From Eledone cirrhosa (taxonomy: Eukaryota), in assembly GCA_964016885.1 (NCBI GenBank), contig OZ024753.1:18166001-18230000 (forward strand): a stretch of DNA of 64,000 bases, written 5' to 3'. The notes under the pieces were generated by a model. The model saw only the letters and a list, made by a program, of their open reading frames with translations. It did not search any database and was not told the origin of the DNA. Below, piece by piece: positions 41,190-56,590 of this stretch. Both the position numbers and the translations under genes were made by a program. Each line of letters begins with the position of its first letter. Position 1 is the first letter of the stretch.

Positions 41190-41416
41190 TATTACTCCAA
41201 GTGTTTACAACATAGGAATTACAGCATACCCGCAGCATCACTATGAAAACGCCTTGTTGAGTCAAACCAAGCCAAGCGTTAATATCATCCACTACCTGGA
41301 ATACCATAACTGGACTTCACCTAAGTGGACTGCATTTAACTATTATTTGTTAATCCGTATATATATATATATATACAATATTAAATAAATGGAAACTATA
41401 TTTATAAAACCATATT

Positions 41417-41482
41417 TATTTCATTATATATATTTCAGGGATATCATATTAACAATATGCTATGCCTTCCTCAGACAAAATA
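41417..41482 (-). ncRNA. Type I hammerhead ribozyme
   Basis: Reverse complement: TATTTTGT-CTGAGGA-AGG..CATATT..AATATG..CCT-GAAA-TATATA-TA-ATGAAATA; flanks related to the 8151 copy. Confidence 0.72.
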
Positions 41483-41574
41483 CAATATAAACAGTTTTAT
41501 AGATGAATATATTTGACATACCGTAACAACATCGACTTGTATTTGAAAAGTTGATTTGGCATATATATATATAT

Positions 41575-42385
41575 AACAGCGGCTCAGACCAGGAGGTTTA
41601 AGGCGAAAAAGATATCGGATGCTGAATTTGCCGACGACATAGTTCTGGTGACAAATACAATGAAGGAGGGAGAGGATTTGATGCGGGAGGTGGAGACTGT
41701 GTCGATGAGTGTGGGGCTGTGAATGAATAAGAGTAAGGCGAAGTATCTGGTAGAGAATTTTAAGAAGCCAGAGAAGATTACTAATGTAGGCGAGAAGCCG
41801 CTAGACTTGGTTGATGACTTCCTGTATTTCGGAGCAAATATTGGGAATACGGAAGATGATGTTGTCGAGAGGAAGAGCAAAGCCTGGGCGGCGTGCTACA
41901 GCTTGAGATCGGTGTGGAAGTCAGACCTTCGTAAATACCTGAAACTCCGCCTCTTCATTGCTGTAGTGGAGTCTGTGCTGCTGTATGGGTCTGAGACTTG
42001 GACACTGACCAAGAAACTCACTCAGATGGTGGATGGGTGCTACACGAGAATGCTGAGGATGGCTCTGAACATTAATCAGTATACACTGAGGATGAAGAAC
42101 TCAGAGGTGTATGGGAGCCTCCCAAAAGTCAGCCCGAGTACTGCACAGGGGAGACTGAGGTTAGCTGGAGATGCTTACCGACATCCAGAGTTGACATTGC
42201 ACTCAGTACTCCTGTGGGAGCCCCTACATAGACACACTGGAAGAGGAAGACCGAGGTTAACATATGTTGATGCACTAAGGACAGACAATGGCTTGTCGGA
42301 GACGCAGGAGATGGCAGCGATAAGGGGGACAGAGACCGCTGGAGAGAACTCGTCCATGGATCTCGGGAATTTTACCCGCTCTAGA
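41575..42385 (+). pseudogene. RTE-clade LINE RT C-terminal fragment, 5'-truncated
   Basis: EFADDIVLV..(stop)..LLYGSETWTLT..DGCYTRMLRMALN..RLRLAG. Confidence 0.88.
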
Positions 42386-42703
42386 CATATACAGTAAAGC
42401 ATATACATATAGTGTATTCATACACCCACACACACAGTATTAGCATGGCCGTTAACTCTATTCAGTTCCTCTGCCCTTTGTTAACTTTTGATTTTCATCC
42501 CGCCAGTTGTCCAAATATCACCCTCCTCACCAAGCAAGCTATGTGAGGATGCCGGTTTAGTCACCGACAACCCGACCCTGCAACAGGTTGTATATACACA
42601 TATATATATACATCCATGTATATATATATGTGTATACGTATACGTAAATATATAAATAATATCTGTCTTTCTCTTTTTATATATATATAACTGTGTGTGT
42701 GTA

Positions 42704-42788
<85 letters not shown>

Positions 42789-43210
42789 CCGCTTTGAAAG
42801 CCGTAGTTACGCAAAAACTACTCATTGGGTTAATTTACACCTTCCGTGTTATGTTCATTTTCGCTTATAACAAATTTACCATTTGCCGTACTATTTCCAC
42901 ACAGACACTACTATTAGTAACAAGGTATTGGAAGAAATATACTTTAACGCCTTTCTTAAAACATTTGTATATTGCCATTAGTATTAACAAGTAAATATAT
43001 TCGAGTTCATAGACAGAAATATCCTCTGTAAAGGTAGCAACAATAAAACATACTCTTTACCGTAGACAACGTTACGAATACATCACCCCTTTGTTTATTA
43101 TAGTAGTTTATTGTCTCAGATCTATATGATAAATATGATTAAGAAAACTATTAGAAATATAGTTCTTTGTCGTTCTTTATTAACACTTATTCAGCTGAAT
43201 CTATCTCTAT

Positions 43211-44218
43211 CTAAGGCGGGTAAAATTCCCGAGATCCATGGACGAGTTCTCTCCAGCGGTCTCTGTCCCTCATTATCGCTGCCATATCCTGCATCTCCAA
43301 CAGACCAGTGTCTGTCCTTAGGGCATCAACATATGTTAACCTTGGTCTTCTTCTTCTAGTGTGTCCATGTAGGGGCTCCCAAAGGAGCACTGAGTGCAAT
43401 GTCAACTCTGGATGTCGGTGAGCATGTCCAGCCAACCTCAGTCTCCTCTGTGTCACTTTTGAGCTGACTTTTGGGATGCTCCCATACAGCTCTGAGTTTT
43501 TCATCCTCAGTGTATACTGATTAATGTTCAGAGCCATCCTCAGCATTCTCGTGTAGCACCCATCCACCATCTGAGTGAGTCTCTTGGTCAGTGTCCAAGT
43601 CTCAGACCCATACAGCAATGAAGACTCCACTACAGCAATGAAGAGGCGGATTTTCAGGTCTCTACGAAGGTCCGACTTCCACACCGATCTCAAGCTGTGA
43701 CACGCCGCCCAGGCCTTGCTCTTCCTCTCAACCACATCATCTTCCGTATTCCCAATCTTTGCTCCCATATACAGGAAGTCCTCAACCAATTCCAGCGGCT
43801 TCCCGCCTACATTAGTGATCCCCTCTGGCTTCTCAACATTCTCTACCAGATATTTTGTTTTAGTCTCATTCATTCTCAGCCCCACACTCATCGACACAGT
43901 CTCAACCTCCCGCATCAAATCCTCTGCCTCCTTCACTGTATTTGTCACCAAAACTATGTCGTCGGCAAATTCAGCATCCGATACCTTTTTCGCCCCAACT
44001 CTCCTGCTCTGAGCCGGTGCTACAGTAAAGCCAGAGTCATGGTGTTTCTCCAGTGCAAGGCGCATACAATAGTCCACTACGATGATAAAAAGGTAGGGAG
44101 CCAATGTATCTCCCTGGAGCACTCCAGCCAGTATCTCAAAGAACTCTGTCATCCCATCAGGTGTAATGACTTGGGCTTTGGTGTTGGTGTAGAGCAGTGA
44201 TATCAGGTCCACCATCCT
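43211..44218 (-). mobile_element. RTE-clade LINE, 5'-truncated, open RT C-terminal frame (334 aa)
   Basis: GVLQGDTLAPYLF, FADD, YGSETWTLT, RRLRLAGH motifs. Confidence 0.92.
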
Positions 44219-44323
44219 CTGAATATTGTTCCCAATTAAGTGTCATAATTATCAAATACGTTCTATGGGAATATATATATATATATATGCAAAAGACTGT
44301 TTGAGTTTATAACTCTAAATATA

Positions 44324-44382
<59 letters not shown>

Positions 44383-44860
44383 AAGAGTGGAGAATAATAT
44401 GGTCGGCTGTACAAAAAGGGTTTTATTTACAGTATTAACAATTGTTTCATTGATCACTGATTATTTAAGTGAATTTATAATATAGAATTCGGTTTAAGTG
44501 CATTTCGTATTAATCATTACTAAACATCTAATATGAGATATTGAACATTAGCTTAAATAATTATCGCGTCGTCTTGAGTTCGTTATGAGTCTCTTTTTTA
44601 TAAAAGGATGCCACAGAGTGTACGATAGATAATGGTTACAATATTTTTGAGCAACAACTCTAGTCCCACACTTTTGAAGGTTTATTATAACATTCTGTGG
44701 CTCTTTTGAGCTTGCGCATTTTTCAGGTCTAGTATATATATATCTTCCTGATATATCAAGCGTTAACCTAATGTATACCTTCCATATACTGTACCGATTA
44801 TGTTGTTATTTCTGTTCACCTTTTACATATATATAAGCGACTGAAGCTGACAGAGCGCGG

Positions 44861-44947
<87 letters not shown>

Positions 44948-46334
44948 GTGGTGAAGTGTCAAAACTAGATAAATAAAAGAGGGTTGATCTCCGTAGATAA
45001 AAAACATGATAGCTAAATATATACCTAGATAAGAGCATCAGCACGAAGTTGTTAGAAATGTATGTAGAAGAGTAAAAAGTAAAACATAGATCGATAGAAA
45101 CATTGATCAATAAATAGACACATGACTAGAATGAAATAGATATATAGCAATGCATTGCAAATGAAAGACATTGGCAAAAGTTAGAGAATCATGATCGCTA
45201 TTTAATAAACGAATATCTGTTTACGGTAGAACGGAACATATGTTTATTGGAAAGTTTTTAGATGCTAAACACGCTCATTGTTAAAGCATTATTTTTGGTG
45301 CCTGCTGTCACTATTATTGTTTCTGTTATTCTTGATTTATTATTATTATCCCTTTAGTATCGTGATATTCCCGTTGTTTTGTTGTTATTATTGTTGCTTT
45401 GTTTGTGTTTTCTGATGCATGATGGTCCATTTAGATGAGAATGATAGTGTAGTAACTTTTAGTAGAATTCCGGGAAAAAAATGCATTCCTTGTTTAGTTT
45501 TATAACTTAAACGAATATATTGTTGCAATGTCGGATATAATGTTTGGCAGTGTTCGTTTCGGCGCTCTCTGCTTTGAATTACAATCTCGTCGAGGTCAAC
45601 TTTGTCTGTCACTTTTGGGAAATAAGTAAAACAATGGCATGAGTGTCGGTCATTCTCACTTGTCTTTCAGTAGTCCTCATATAATGAGCGGGATTGTACT
45701 CAATTACACTAAGTCAATGCAAGCGAATGTGTGCTCTTCTGACACTTAATGATGTATAATTAGGAAAACGATTAGCTAATTAATCATTTTCTGAATTAAT
45801 GGTCATTGATTAAATCATTAATTTAATTAATCATTTTGTCAATCCGTAAATCTAATGGATCTTATAGACAGCAGTGAAAATGTTTATTTTCATATATTTA
45901 TATAGGACTTGGTAGACGGGCCAATAAAAAGTGTAGTAAAAATACTTTTGTATAAATTTAGGCTCCAAAAAGTCAGTAGTATTATACTCTAAAGGTTAAA
46001 CACTACAACAACTCTGTGAAATGTAAACTCCCCACCACACTATCATTTCATTGATATGTGAGAAAATAGTTCGCTTCTTAAATCGATATTTCCTGTGTCA
46101 ATAAACATATATTATTAAACGAAATGGACATATCAAAACCCTGGCGAATATATTTTGATAAAAGATTTTTCCCTTCGGTAAAGTGAAGATGTTTTCCTGT
46201 TTGATGTCTAAAGGCTTAATTCGGATTAATTCAATCATTATATCGTTTGTTTCGTTTGGTCTAACAGTGAACTACACATTGAGTCGACTCGTTGTATTAA
46301 TGATGGGTGAAATAATAAATAGATAATAGTAGGT

Positions 46335-46790
46335 TTAAACATTTCCCTTTACTCTCGAATATCCAGTTGTGTTATATGGTCTCGACTGTGTTAATTGGAA
46401 AATATGGTCACTTCAGAAGCTCTCTACATTCCAGAACCATATCATGTGACTTATGACTGGCAAGCGGCTCAGCGACCGTATCTGTATCAGTGAGCTGCTC
46501 AACATTACCAAACTTAGACCAATTACATCAACTGTCAAGTCAAGAGTACACAAACTATAAGGTCATATAAAAAGATCAACTCGTGGTATGACTAGGTTAT
46601 GCCTAGAAGGAAGGTTGGCTGTTAGAGAAGTAGAAGCCGGCAGCCAAAACGATGGCTGAATAATGTCAAATTATGGACTGGACGTAATCTTTGCTCTTTA
46701 AACCCTGCTGTTGGTGATCGAACTTTGTGGAAAGAGATATCTCACGTTGATGCGCAGTCTGCAAATGGTGGAGTTTAGCGTCACAAGAAG
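46335..46790 (+). mobile_element. Old RTE-like LINE 3' remnant
   Basis: Broken frames giving IYPVVLYG.., CLEGRL..RSRSRQPKRW. Confidence 0.5.
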
Positions 46791-49396
46791 ATCCAGTAAA
46801 TTGTAGTTGTATCATGCTGGTTACCAATTAGTTTTCAGATAGAAGTTTCTTTATTATAATCACTCTGAATACTGAATACTGAACATTTAAAGAAGCAGTA
46901 AAAATAACAACACCATTAAGATGCTTAACTATAGATATAGGTTTGACGAAACTCAAATAAACTGAAATTACGTGAAAGGAAAATGGCAAATGAATTACTG
47001 AACAGATAGAATGTTGTGTATTAGAACAGCTGTTTTTGTGATTGTGCTATACAGATTAATAATCATTATAATGTGAGATTGAAACAGTATTTTATGTTAA
47101 ATACGAATCTCAAGTTTATCTTTGTTGATTTTCTATCTGTTTTTATGATTACAGATATAAGTTAACGACGGAGACATATTTCTTGGCAGCTTTACATTTG
47201 AGTTTGTTGTATAACTGTGACTTTTTCCATACACCTTCAGGAATATTCCAGCCCTGGACATAACTCACGTTTGCTTTAATAAAGGAAAATAAACAACATA
47301 AATTAAAACAATTGTTTTATTATGTGAAGTTACGTGGACTGGATTTACGAACATAATGTAGTGGGCTCGATTCCTGGACCGGGTTCAGCATTGTGCACTT
47401 GAGCAAGACACTTCACTTCAAGTTGTTCCTTTACTCCTCGTCGTTTATCGCCAAGAAACCCGGGATAACCACCACCTTCGGGCCCACGACACATGTAGGG
47501 TTACTACTTTTAAAATGTCTTAGCGATGCATGTAACATTTACATGTTTTGAAATGATCTGAATAACATAACATGTGAGTAATATTTAGAGATCTAGACTG
47601 CCATAAGAAAAACCGTTTATCGTTCCGAAAGTTTTCTGAGAAAATAGAAGATGACAGTTCTTTGAAATACATTAATTCATGTCTCAATTTCAGTGACATT
47701 CAAACACTTGAGATTTGTATTAGAAATATTTTCAACTATATGATAGCAATATGGATTATTGTCGCTGCTACTGTTGCAGTTTTCTATCTATTACCTCTAT
47801 TTCTCTACTTCTGAGTCTTCCGGACATCGTATAATATACAGATTTTATAATCGTACGTGCCCATTTCAATAGCAATTGTATGTAACCTACGGCCAACGCA
47901 TATATTGAACATTCTTATTAAAGTATCATAAAGTTTTTATAAGGCAGATATTTCAACATAACGCATCCAGATTTTCTTTTAGATTCCGCTGTATTATAGT
48001 GTAACATCCTCACATTGGAAGATTAAAGCACTCATTTGCTTTCCTTCACATATTGCTACTGTGTTTCTTTGCATTAATTTTATTTCATTACGTGTATTGG
48101 TATGTAATGGGTTCATTTTTACACTTGAATCATTTATAACTTATATAAAACCACCTAATTTATCATTTGATATGAAGATAGTGAGAAGAGTGAACTGTGG
48201 CAGGATATCGAAGACACCGTGATTGATGGTGTTGTTCTTGTTCAGGTTGACTTTGTTGTATAATTGACTGATTAGTTTCTTTATATTGGACCGTCCAAAT
48301 GCTGGATGATTGAATCTATCGTTTCTCTATTTGAAACACAGGAGCATGGCATCACAGTCGATGTTTTAAAGGAATACGAAAGACGTTGGACTACCTTGTA
48401 GTTACAATCCCGTCGAGGTCAACTTTCACTTTTCACCTTTGGACATTAGTAGAACTCAGGCAAAGGATTCGGTTGTTATTCTATTACTTATTCTCATTTA
48501 TTTTCTCTCATTCGCCTGAAGATATCGGTATTTAGACAAGGCCTGGAATCTAAAATGTCCAAGATACGCCGTAAATCTTTACGCTGATCTAACAATCCCA
48601 GCAATGGTCAAGACACTTTACATATATGTCATCAATAACCACGACCGTATCAAACGCCAGCTCTATGGTATATATTTTGAAAAGTTACACGGTAATATAA
48701 GGGAGAGCACGACGTAACCATACACCTTTGTATTTCATTGTTTTAGGGTAGAAAAACTGTGATATACATATGAATGTGCACCTTTCTTATAGAATGACAA
48801 AGGGAAATAACATGGGACATTAGCATACAATCTGACAAACGGTTGACCAAATTGGACCTGGAAATATTCCAGGATTCGAATGAGAGTTTCATATGGATAA
48901 TAAACACACATGGCCATACAGAAGAGACAATTCACTTTCAAATAACTGTTGATTATAAGGTGACAGATTAGTAAAGAATGATATACGATCCAGTCTGTAA
49001 AGTCATCAGCACACTACACATAACAAGGGATGTATAAAGAAAAGATAAATAAATTGTTTGTATTTTCCCACAGCGTTTATTACATATAAACTTCTACATA
49101 TCTGCTCTTAATGTTTTTTGTTTATATTTTTGTTTGTTTGAATATAGAAATTCCTCATGTATACTTCAAGAAATGATTAAGAAAGTTATCTATATGATAC
49201 TAAAACTCTGTATTGTGTGCTTGTATGTAATGTAATGAAGCCAAAACGGCTCATAATGGGAAAATACTTTGAAAGGAGGTTGAACCTGAAATTGGAAGAC
49301 AAATGGAATAAAACAAGTTTCACGTATATCGGAGCACCGGATTACTGAGATTTGGGGTGTTTCCGAGTATCTTCATAAGAGAGAGAAAGGGAGAGA

Positions 49397-49534
<138 letters not shown>

Positions 49535-49786
49535 GAGATTGAAAGTTTCATTTTAAATTATATACATATCTGTATATATTTTAATTGTTTAAAAATTATT
49601 TTTAAGTGAACATGATTTTGAAAAAAATAATTTTGTCCGGAGTCGTAAATTAATCTATACAGTAGAGGAGTAGACCCGGATGTGATGACGTCATTGTTTC
49701 GGTTAGAATTCTAAAAGTATATTGAGATCATATTCCAGATTGTGGCATTGTCATAATGATGATGATGATGGTGGTGATATTAATGA

Positions 49787-50005
49787 TTTCTACTATAGGC
49801 ACAAGTCCAGTAATATGGTTGGGGGGAGCGGGAAAGTCGATTAAATCGACCCCAGTACGTTACTGGTGCTTTATTTTATCGACCCCGTAAGGATGAAATG
49901 CAAAGTCAAGCTCGTCGGGATTTGAACTCAGACCGTAAAGGACCATACCTCTATGCCGTAAAGCATGGTGTCCGACTCTCTACCGATACTGCCAATCCAC
50001 CTGCC
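49787..50005 (-). mobile_element. tRNA-derived SINE (longer 3' variant)
   Basis: Same body plus GGGGTCGATTTAATCGAC segment. Confidence 0.82.
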
Positions 50006-50089
50006 TTCATAATAAGGATGATAGAGATATTGCTGACGACCATCATGATCATCATCATCATCATTAAAACACTACACAATAACTACCAT

Positions 50090-51930
50090 TACACTCCATA
50101 CCAACATCAACAGAATAGCCATCACCACCACCTCCACCAACACCACCTACACCATCACCAACACCTCCATCATCACCAACACCTCCACCATCAATACCCC
50201 CATCACCACCAAACACCACCATCACCACCACCATCATCATCACCGCCACCCTCACAATGACAACAATCACCACCACCATCGCAATCATCACCACCACCAT
50301 CTCCACCACCATCATCACCACCACCACCACCAACACAATCACAATCACAACAATCACCACCACCGTCACCACCACCACCAACACAACCACCACCACCACC
50401 ATCACAATCACCACCGTCACCACCACCACCACCACTAACACAATCACAACCACCACCAACACAATCACCACAACCACCATCACCATCATCACCACCACCA
50501 TCGCAATGGCAACAATCACCACCACCACCACCACCATCATCACCACCACAATCACAATCACACCACCACCACCACCATGACAATCACCACCATCACAGTC
50601 ACCACCATCGCAATCATCACCACCACCATCTCCACCACCATCATCACCACCAGCACCACCAACACAATCACCACCACCGTCACCACCGCCACCACCACCA
50701 ACACAATCACCACCACCACCACCACCATCACAATCACCACCGTCACCACCACCACCATCGGCACCATGACAATCCCTACCATCACAGTCACCACCATCGC
50801 AATCATCACCACCACCTACACCACCACCACCACCAACACAATCACCACCACCACCACCATCAGCACCATCACTACCACCACCACCACCAACAACACAATC
50901 ACCACCACCACTATCATCACCACCGCAATCACCACCACCATCACAATCACCACCACCACCACCACCATCATCACCACCACAATCAGAATCACACCAATCA
51001 CCACCACCATGACAATCACCACCATGACAATCACCACCACCACCACCACCATGACAATCACCTCCATCACAGTCACCACCATCGCAATCATCACCACCAC
51101 CATCTCCACCACCATCATCACCACCACCACCAACACAATCACAACAATCCCCACCACCATCACAATCACCACCACCACCATCACAATCACCACCACCACC
51201 ATCACAATCACCACCACCTCCATCACAATCACCACCACCACTACCACCGTCACTACCCCCACCCCCACCACCCCCACCATCACAATCACCACCACCACCA
51301 CCATCATCACCACCACCATCACAATCACACCAATCACCACCACCATCACAATCACCACCACCACCACAACCATCAGCACCATCACTTCCACCACCACCAC
51401 CACCATCACAATCACCACCACCACCATCAGCACCATCACTACCACCACCACCACCACCACCATCACAATCACCACCACCTCCACCACCACCACCACCATC
51501 AACACAATCACGCCAATCACCACCACCAACACAATCACCACCACCACCACCACCATCATCACCACCACAATCACAATCACAGCAATCACCACCACCAACA
51601 CAATCACCACCACCACCATAACAATCACCACCACCACCACCACCACCATCAGCAGCACCACCACCACCACCACCACCACCACCACCATCACAATCACCAC
51701 CACCACCACCATCATCACCACTACAATCACAATCATACCAATCACCACCACCACCACAATTACCACCACCACCACTATCATAATCACCACCACCACCACC
51801 ATCACCATCACAATCACCATCACAATCCCCACCACTACAATCACCACCACCACCACCACCACCACCATCACAATTACCACCACTATCACCACCACCATCA
51901 CAATCATCACCACCACCACCACCATGCCCA
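50090..51930. repeat. Degenerate (ACC/ATC/ACA)n trinucleotide array
   Basis: ~1.8-kb low-complexity tract; produces spurious poly-Thr and poly-Val ORFs. Confidence 0.9.
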
Positions 51931-51964
51931 GCATCAATAATATTAGTAACATTAGTAGGCAGAT

Positions 51965-52102
51965 AAGACTACTAATAACTCGTTTTTGAATTTGTTTTCT
52001 TATCTGAAAACATGTGTTTAAACAGATATTGTTATACTTTGGTAGGGTCATGTTGCCAATAAAAAACACACGCATCCAACTATCACTTCAATTTATTATA
52101 AG
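51965..52102 (-). mobile_element. PLE pLTR-tail fragment (57-63 kb family)
   Basis: Encodes [26 protein letters not shown]. Confidence 0.75.
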
Positions 52103-52606
52103 TGTCCGATTATCACAGTAAACATTAGTCATTATTGTTTTTTTTTTTACTCCAATCTTGTTTCTAGACTCTAATTAATTTATGATTTATTAATTTGTAA
52201 TGAATCATCCTTCAAACCAATGCTAATCAAATAGCAATTCTTCATTGAAATTAGACAGAAAACTAACAGCAAGAGGGGGAGGAAGGGAGCCATTGCTCTG
52301 ATCTATTAAAGACGAATAATTCATTTGAATAATATAGAGAGGAGGAGGCAGCCAAAGAGACGATCGAATATTATCAGTTATAATGTAAGAAGATAACATC
52401 AGAGTTAATAAATCAAGTGCGGGTTGGGTGGGGCAATTATAGATGAGGGAAAGGAAGATATGTAGGTAGAATATGGGGATGGTGATTGAGATATATACGA
52501 ATAGGGAGATGAAATACTAGATAATTGACAAGGATTAATCAGTGGATAGTGAGAATAATTAATTTCTGGGAAGATTAAGATATTTAAAGGTGACAAACAC
52601 GACAAC

Positions 52607-52800
52607 GCCGTCGGTGGATTGGCAGTATTGGTAGAGGGTCGTATGCCATGCTTGGACGCATAGAGTTACTGCCCTTGCCATTCTGAGTTCAAATCCCGCT
52701 GAGGTTAACTTTGCCTTTCATCCTTACGGGGTCGATAAAATAAAGTACCAGTAACACACTGGTGTAATTGCTGGCCTTGTGCCTAAAGTAGAAACAATTA
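52607..52800 (+). mobile_element. tRNA-derived SINE
   Basis: Consensus body. Confidence 0.87.
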
Positions 52801-53035
52801 TTTATAATATACACACACACATATATATATAAAACAGAGTATCAGAAAAAAAGAGAATCAGTGTTGCGAATTGAATTTATTGGACATATTACAATCGTTC
52901 TCTGGCGGCCAGTTCGAGGCACGATCGATGGGAACATGGCACCTGACTCTGAAAATCGCAAGGTCCTCAGATACGTCTTGATTCTACGAAGCAAACGGAC
53001 GCTTTAAGCATCCAACATCAATTATATATATATAT

Positions 53036-53283
53036 AGTGACGAAACATAAGTCAATTGCATGAACTCATAATATTTTATGTACTGCTATATGTATTTCGA
53101 TGATAGCCGTTGAATGGCTATGACCTCATCAGGCAGTTAGTCAGTTCTTATATATATATATATTTCAATTATCTGAATGTGTGTATAGGTATATACATAC
53201 AGATAATACATATACATACTGATAAATACATATACATACAGATAAATATAATCATACATACACACACATATACATACATATAT

Positions 53284-53350
<67 letters not shown>

Positions 53351-55800
53351 TACACACATATACGCAACACACACACACACACACAAATAAATATCTAAAA
53401 ATAAAAAAAAAATTGGGTATGTGAAGGGTAAGACAGAAAGTAGGGGGGGGGGTAAGGAAAATAAATGACATAGGAAAAGGTTTAAATATAAGGGGAGATA
53501 AGGGAAAAAAAGAATACGAGAGTTCAGAAAGTGAAATCAGAAGGTAAATAAACCGTAGTGGATGTAAGGCGTAGAGAGCAGAGAAGGAGTTGAAGGTGGT
53601 TGAGTTATCGTAGGAATGTCAATCCAGTTACAAATCAGATGTGATTTCAGGTGAGGACAACATCTGAAGATCTCGGTCTTTGAGTTCAGGCAAGCAGAAG
53701 TGGCTTTCAAGTTTTGTAAAATCCTAAATTTTTCAGTGGTACACAAACAACAATTCATTGTGCCCCTTTGGTACTCCCTCGAATGGTCTAAAATAGACCA
53801 ATCGATAGAGTACGGTATGTTTTTATCCTTGAATTCCCACACCTTACTTGCAAGGGCCGTTGCTGTTCTTTTATCGGAGTGCTTAAAAGAAGCGACATGT
53901 GCATAAAACCTGGTTTTAAACCAACATATCGTTCACTCCGAGCTGGCTGGTTGTTGATTAAAGGTGTCACTTTGGCCTCATCTACAACGGATTTGGTGTT
54001 GCATTTGCCCTGTAATGGGCATTCATCCGGCTTCCTGCAACTGCATCCTGGATTTATTCTCGTACGATTTGAATTAGTGATTTTAGACTTCATTGATGGG
54101 CAACAAGAGTAACTGATCTTAACTACATTTCTATTAAATATCTTATAATATCTATGATTAGGAGGAAAATGTTTATCTAAGAGGTCAAGGAATTTCCTTC
54201 CTACATTAGTTTTGACAGTTAGAGAGAAGGGGGGAGGGTAAACCAAATAATTTTCCTTTTCCTATTACTGTGGTTAGGTTTAGGGGGGGAGTAGGTAAAT
54301 AATTAATTTGTTCTGTAAATCCGCTGTTATTAAGGGCTTTATTATAATAAGGGGCTGCTTTATTAAAAATGTCTAGAGACGAAGATAAGGTAATAATCCT
54401 ACGGCTAATGTTGGGAATAAGATTTTTAAAAACTATAGGGGGATGGCAAGACTCTTTGTGTATATATCTAAGATTTTCGTTAGGTTTATGATAAGGTTTA
54501 AAAGAGGCAGTAAGTTGATCAAGATTAATGTCAAGAAAGTTAGCATTGGTAAGGTTCGTATCTATAGTAATTTTAAGGTAATTAGCAAAAGTATTGATTA
54601 AATCTTTACGGAATTTATGAAGGTATGGCCGTTGGTGGTATGAGAAACTACCAATCCGTCGTCACGGTATAAACCGATATTATGAGAAGGAAATTTCTCT
54701 TTGAGGGTGTGGAGAAGGAATAATCCTACTAAGTCACACACATCCGCACTATCATATGAACCCATTGCAACATCAAAAGAGTTTTCAGGGTTTGACTTTT
54801 TAACCCAAATACATTCATTAGTAAAGAGTAAAGTTTTTCTAGCATGAAAGATAATGTCTTCTTCTAAATTAGAAATATTAATGAAGGGTCTTGCAAACTC
54901 TAAGGCATTAGTTAATAAGGAAACAGTAATAGAGGGGTAAAAATCAACAATATCTGAGTAAATCTACACTTATTTTTACCTTTATTAAACCAAGAAATAA
55001 AAGAGGATGTATTTAACCATTGTAATAGGTCAGTCTTAGTTCTAATTTGGAGAATTATTTTTCTTAAGATTTTTTTACTTGCAAGGCCAACTTCGGATTT
55101 AGCCGGGTTAATCAGTCTACAACTAGGTCGATTACTAAAGTCTAATTTATGGTCTTAAGGGTAATATATGCTTTACGTTTAGCTAGTCTTTCAATCCGGT
55201 TGTCTATTTTTAAAGAACTAGCTAGTTCTTTAGCTTCTTTATTAATAGTATTGTAGGTATTATTATTATTAGTTAATTGATAGTTGTTGGTGAAACTATT
55301 AGTTAAAAGCTGGTTATACAAAATACTATTAACTTCAAAGAGATTTTTAGTTTTATCGGAAAGAAAAAAAGTGTTTGTAGAATTTTAAAAATTAGAAATA
55401 TCGTTAGACAGTTTAGTTTGAAAAGGATTATTGTACTTACGAAATTTGATATCACTAATTAAATTAACAAGGTCTAATTCGAAGTTGGCCATGTCTTCTC
55501 TGCTCTCTACGCCTTACATCCACTACGGTTTATTTACCTTCTGATTTCACTTTCTTTACTCTCGTATTCTTTTTCTCCCTTATCTCCCCTTATATTTAAA
55601 CCTTTTCCTATGTCATTTATTTTCCTTATTTTTCCCCCTACTTTCTGCCTTACACTTCACATACCTAATTTTGGTTTTATGTTTAGATATTTATTTTTGT
55701 GTGTGTGTGTGTGTTGCGTATATGTGTGTACATATATATATGTATGTATATGTGTGTGTATGTATGTTTATATATATCTGTATGTATATGTATATGTATA
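53036..55800 (-). mobile_element. Naiad-like PLE (frameshifted RT plus GIY-YIG, ~53537-55494) with 3' pLTR and inverted 5' copy
   Basis: SDKTKN, AYITLK.HK..PSCRLINPAKSE, DIVDFYPSI, FDVAMGSYDSADVCDLVGL, IGLYRDDGL, CSCRKPDECPLQGKC, CCLC..EK; 55495-55800 is the reverse complement of ~53230-53586. Confidence 0.88.
53082..53137 (-). ncRNA. Type I hammerhead in the pLTR of the Naiad-like element
   Basis: Reverse complement: ACTGC-CTGATGA-GGTcATAGCC..GGCTATcATC-GAAA-TACATA-TA-GCAGT; paralogue of 38500. Confidence 0.83.
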
Positions 55801-55980
55801 ATTAATTGTATTTTATATGCTTCTGTTGTATTTGTGCGTGTGTGTGTGTGTATATATATGTATATATATATATATATATATGTGTGTGTATGTATGTGTG
55901 TATATATATATACGTATATCTATGTATGTGTATGTATGTGTGTGTGTATTTCTGTGGTTGTGTTTGCGTATGTGTGTATA

Positions 55981-56063
<83 letters not shown>

Positions 56064-56507
56064 ATATGCATATTTACATACAGTGATTTAATGCTTATTT
56101 TCATTGATCATTTGCTCCAGGAACTTGTAGAGTGCTTTAGATCAGCTATAAACATTTATACCCTTTTCTAATTATTTTTTTTTTTATTATTTGTTGTATT
56201 CCCAACTTTTTATTTTTATATATACAATATTTATGTTATTTTATATATATAATATATATAATATTCTTATATATATATATATGTGTGTGTGTGTATGTAT
56301 GTATGCATATGTATGTGTATGTATATGTGTGTGGAGGTATATATATATGTGTATATATATATATATTTTAGAGTTAAACAAGGTTCATATGAATATATCT
56401 AAGAATGAGTTTTACACACATATATGTGTGTTTGTATTTGTATGTATGTTTGTGATATGTATGTATATGTATGTGTATGTATGTATTGACATGTATGTAT
56501 ATATATT

Positions 56508-56590
<83 letters not shown>

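Noticed and set aside
50577-51989. 470-aa Thr/Ile-rich mucin-like ORF and antisense poly-Val ORF
   Set aside because: Stop-free only because of the ACC/ATC trinucleotide array; frame shifts along the tract; no signal peptide, domain or clear splice context.
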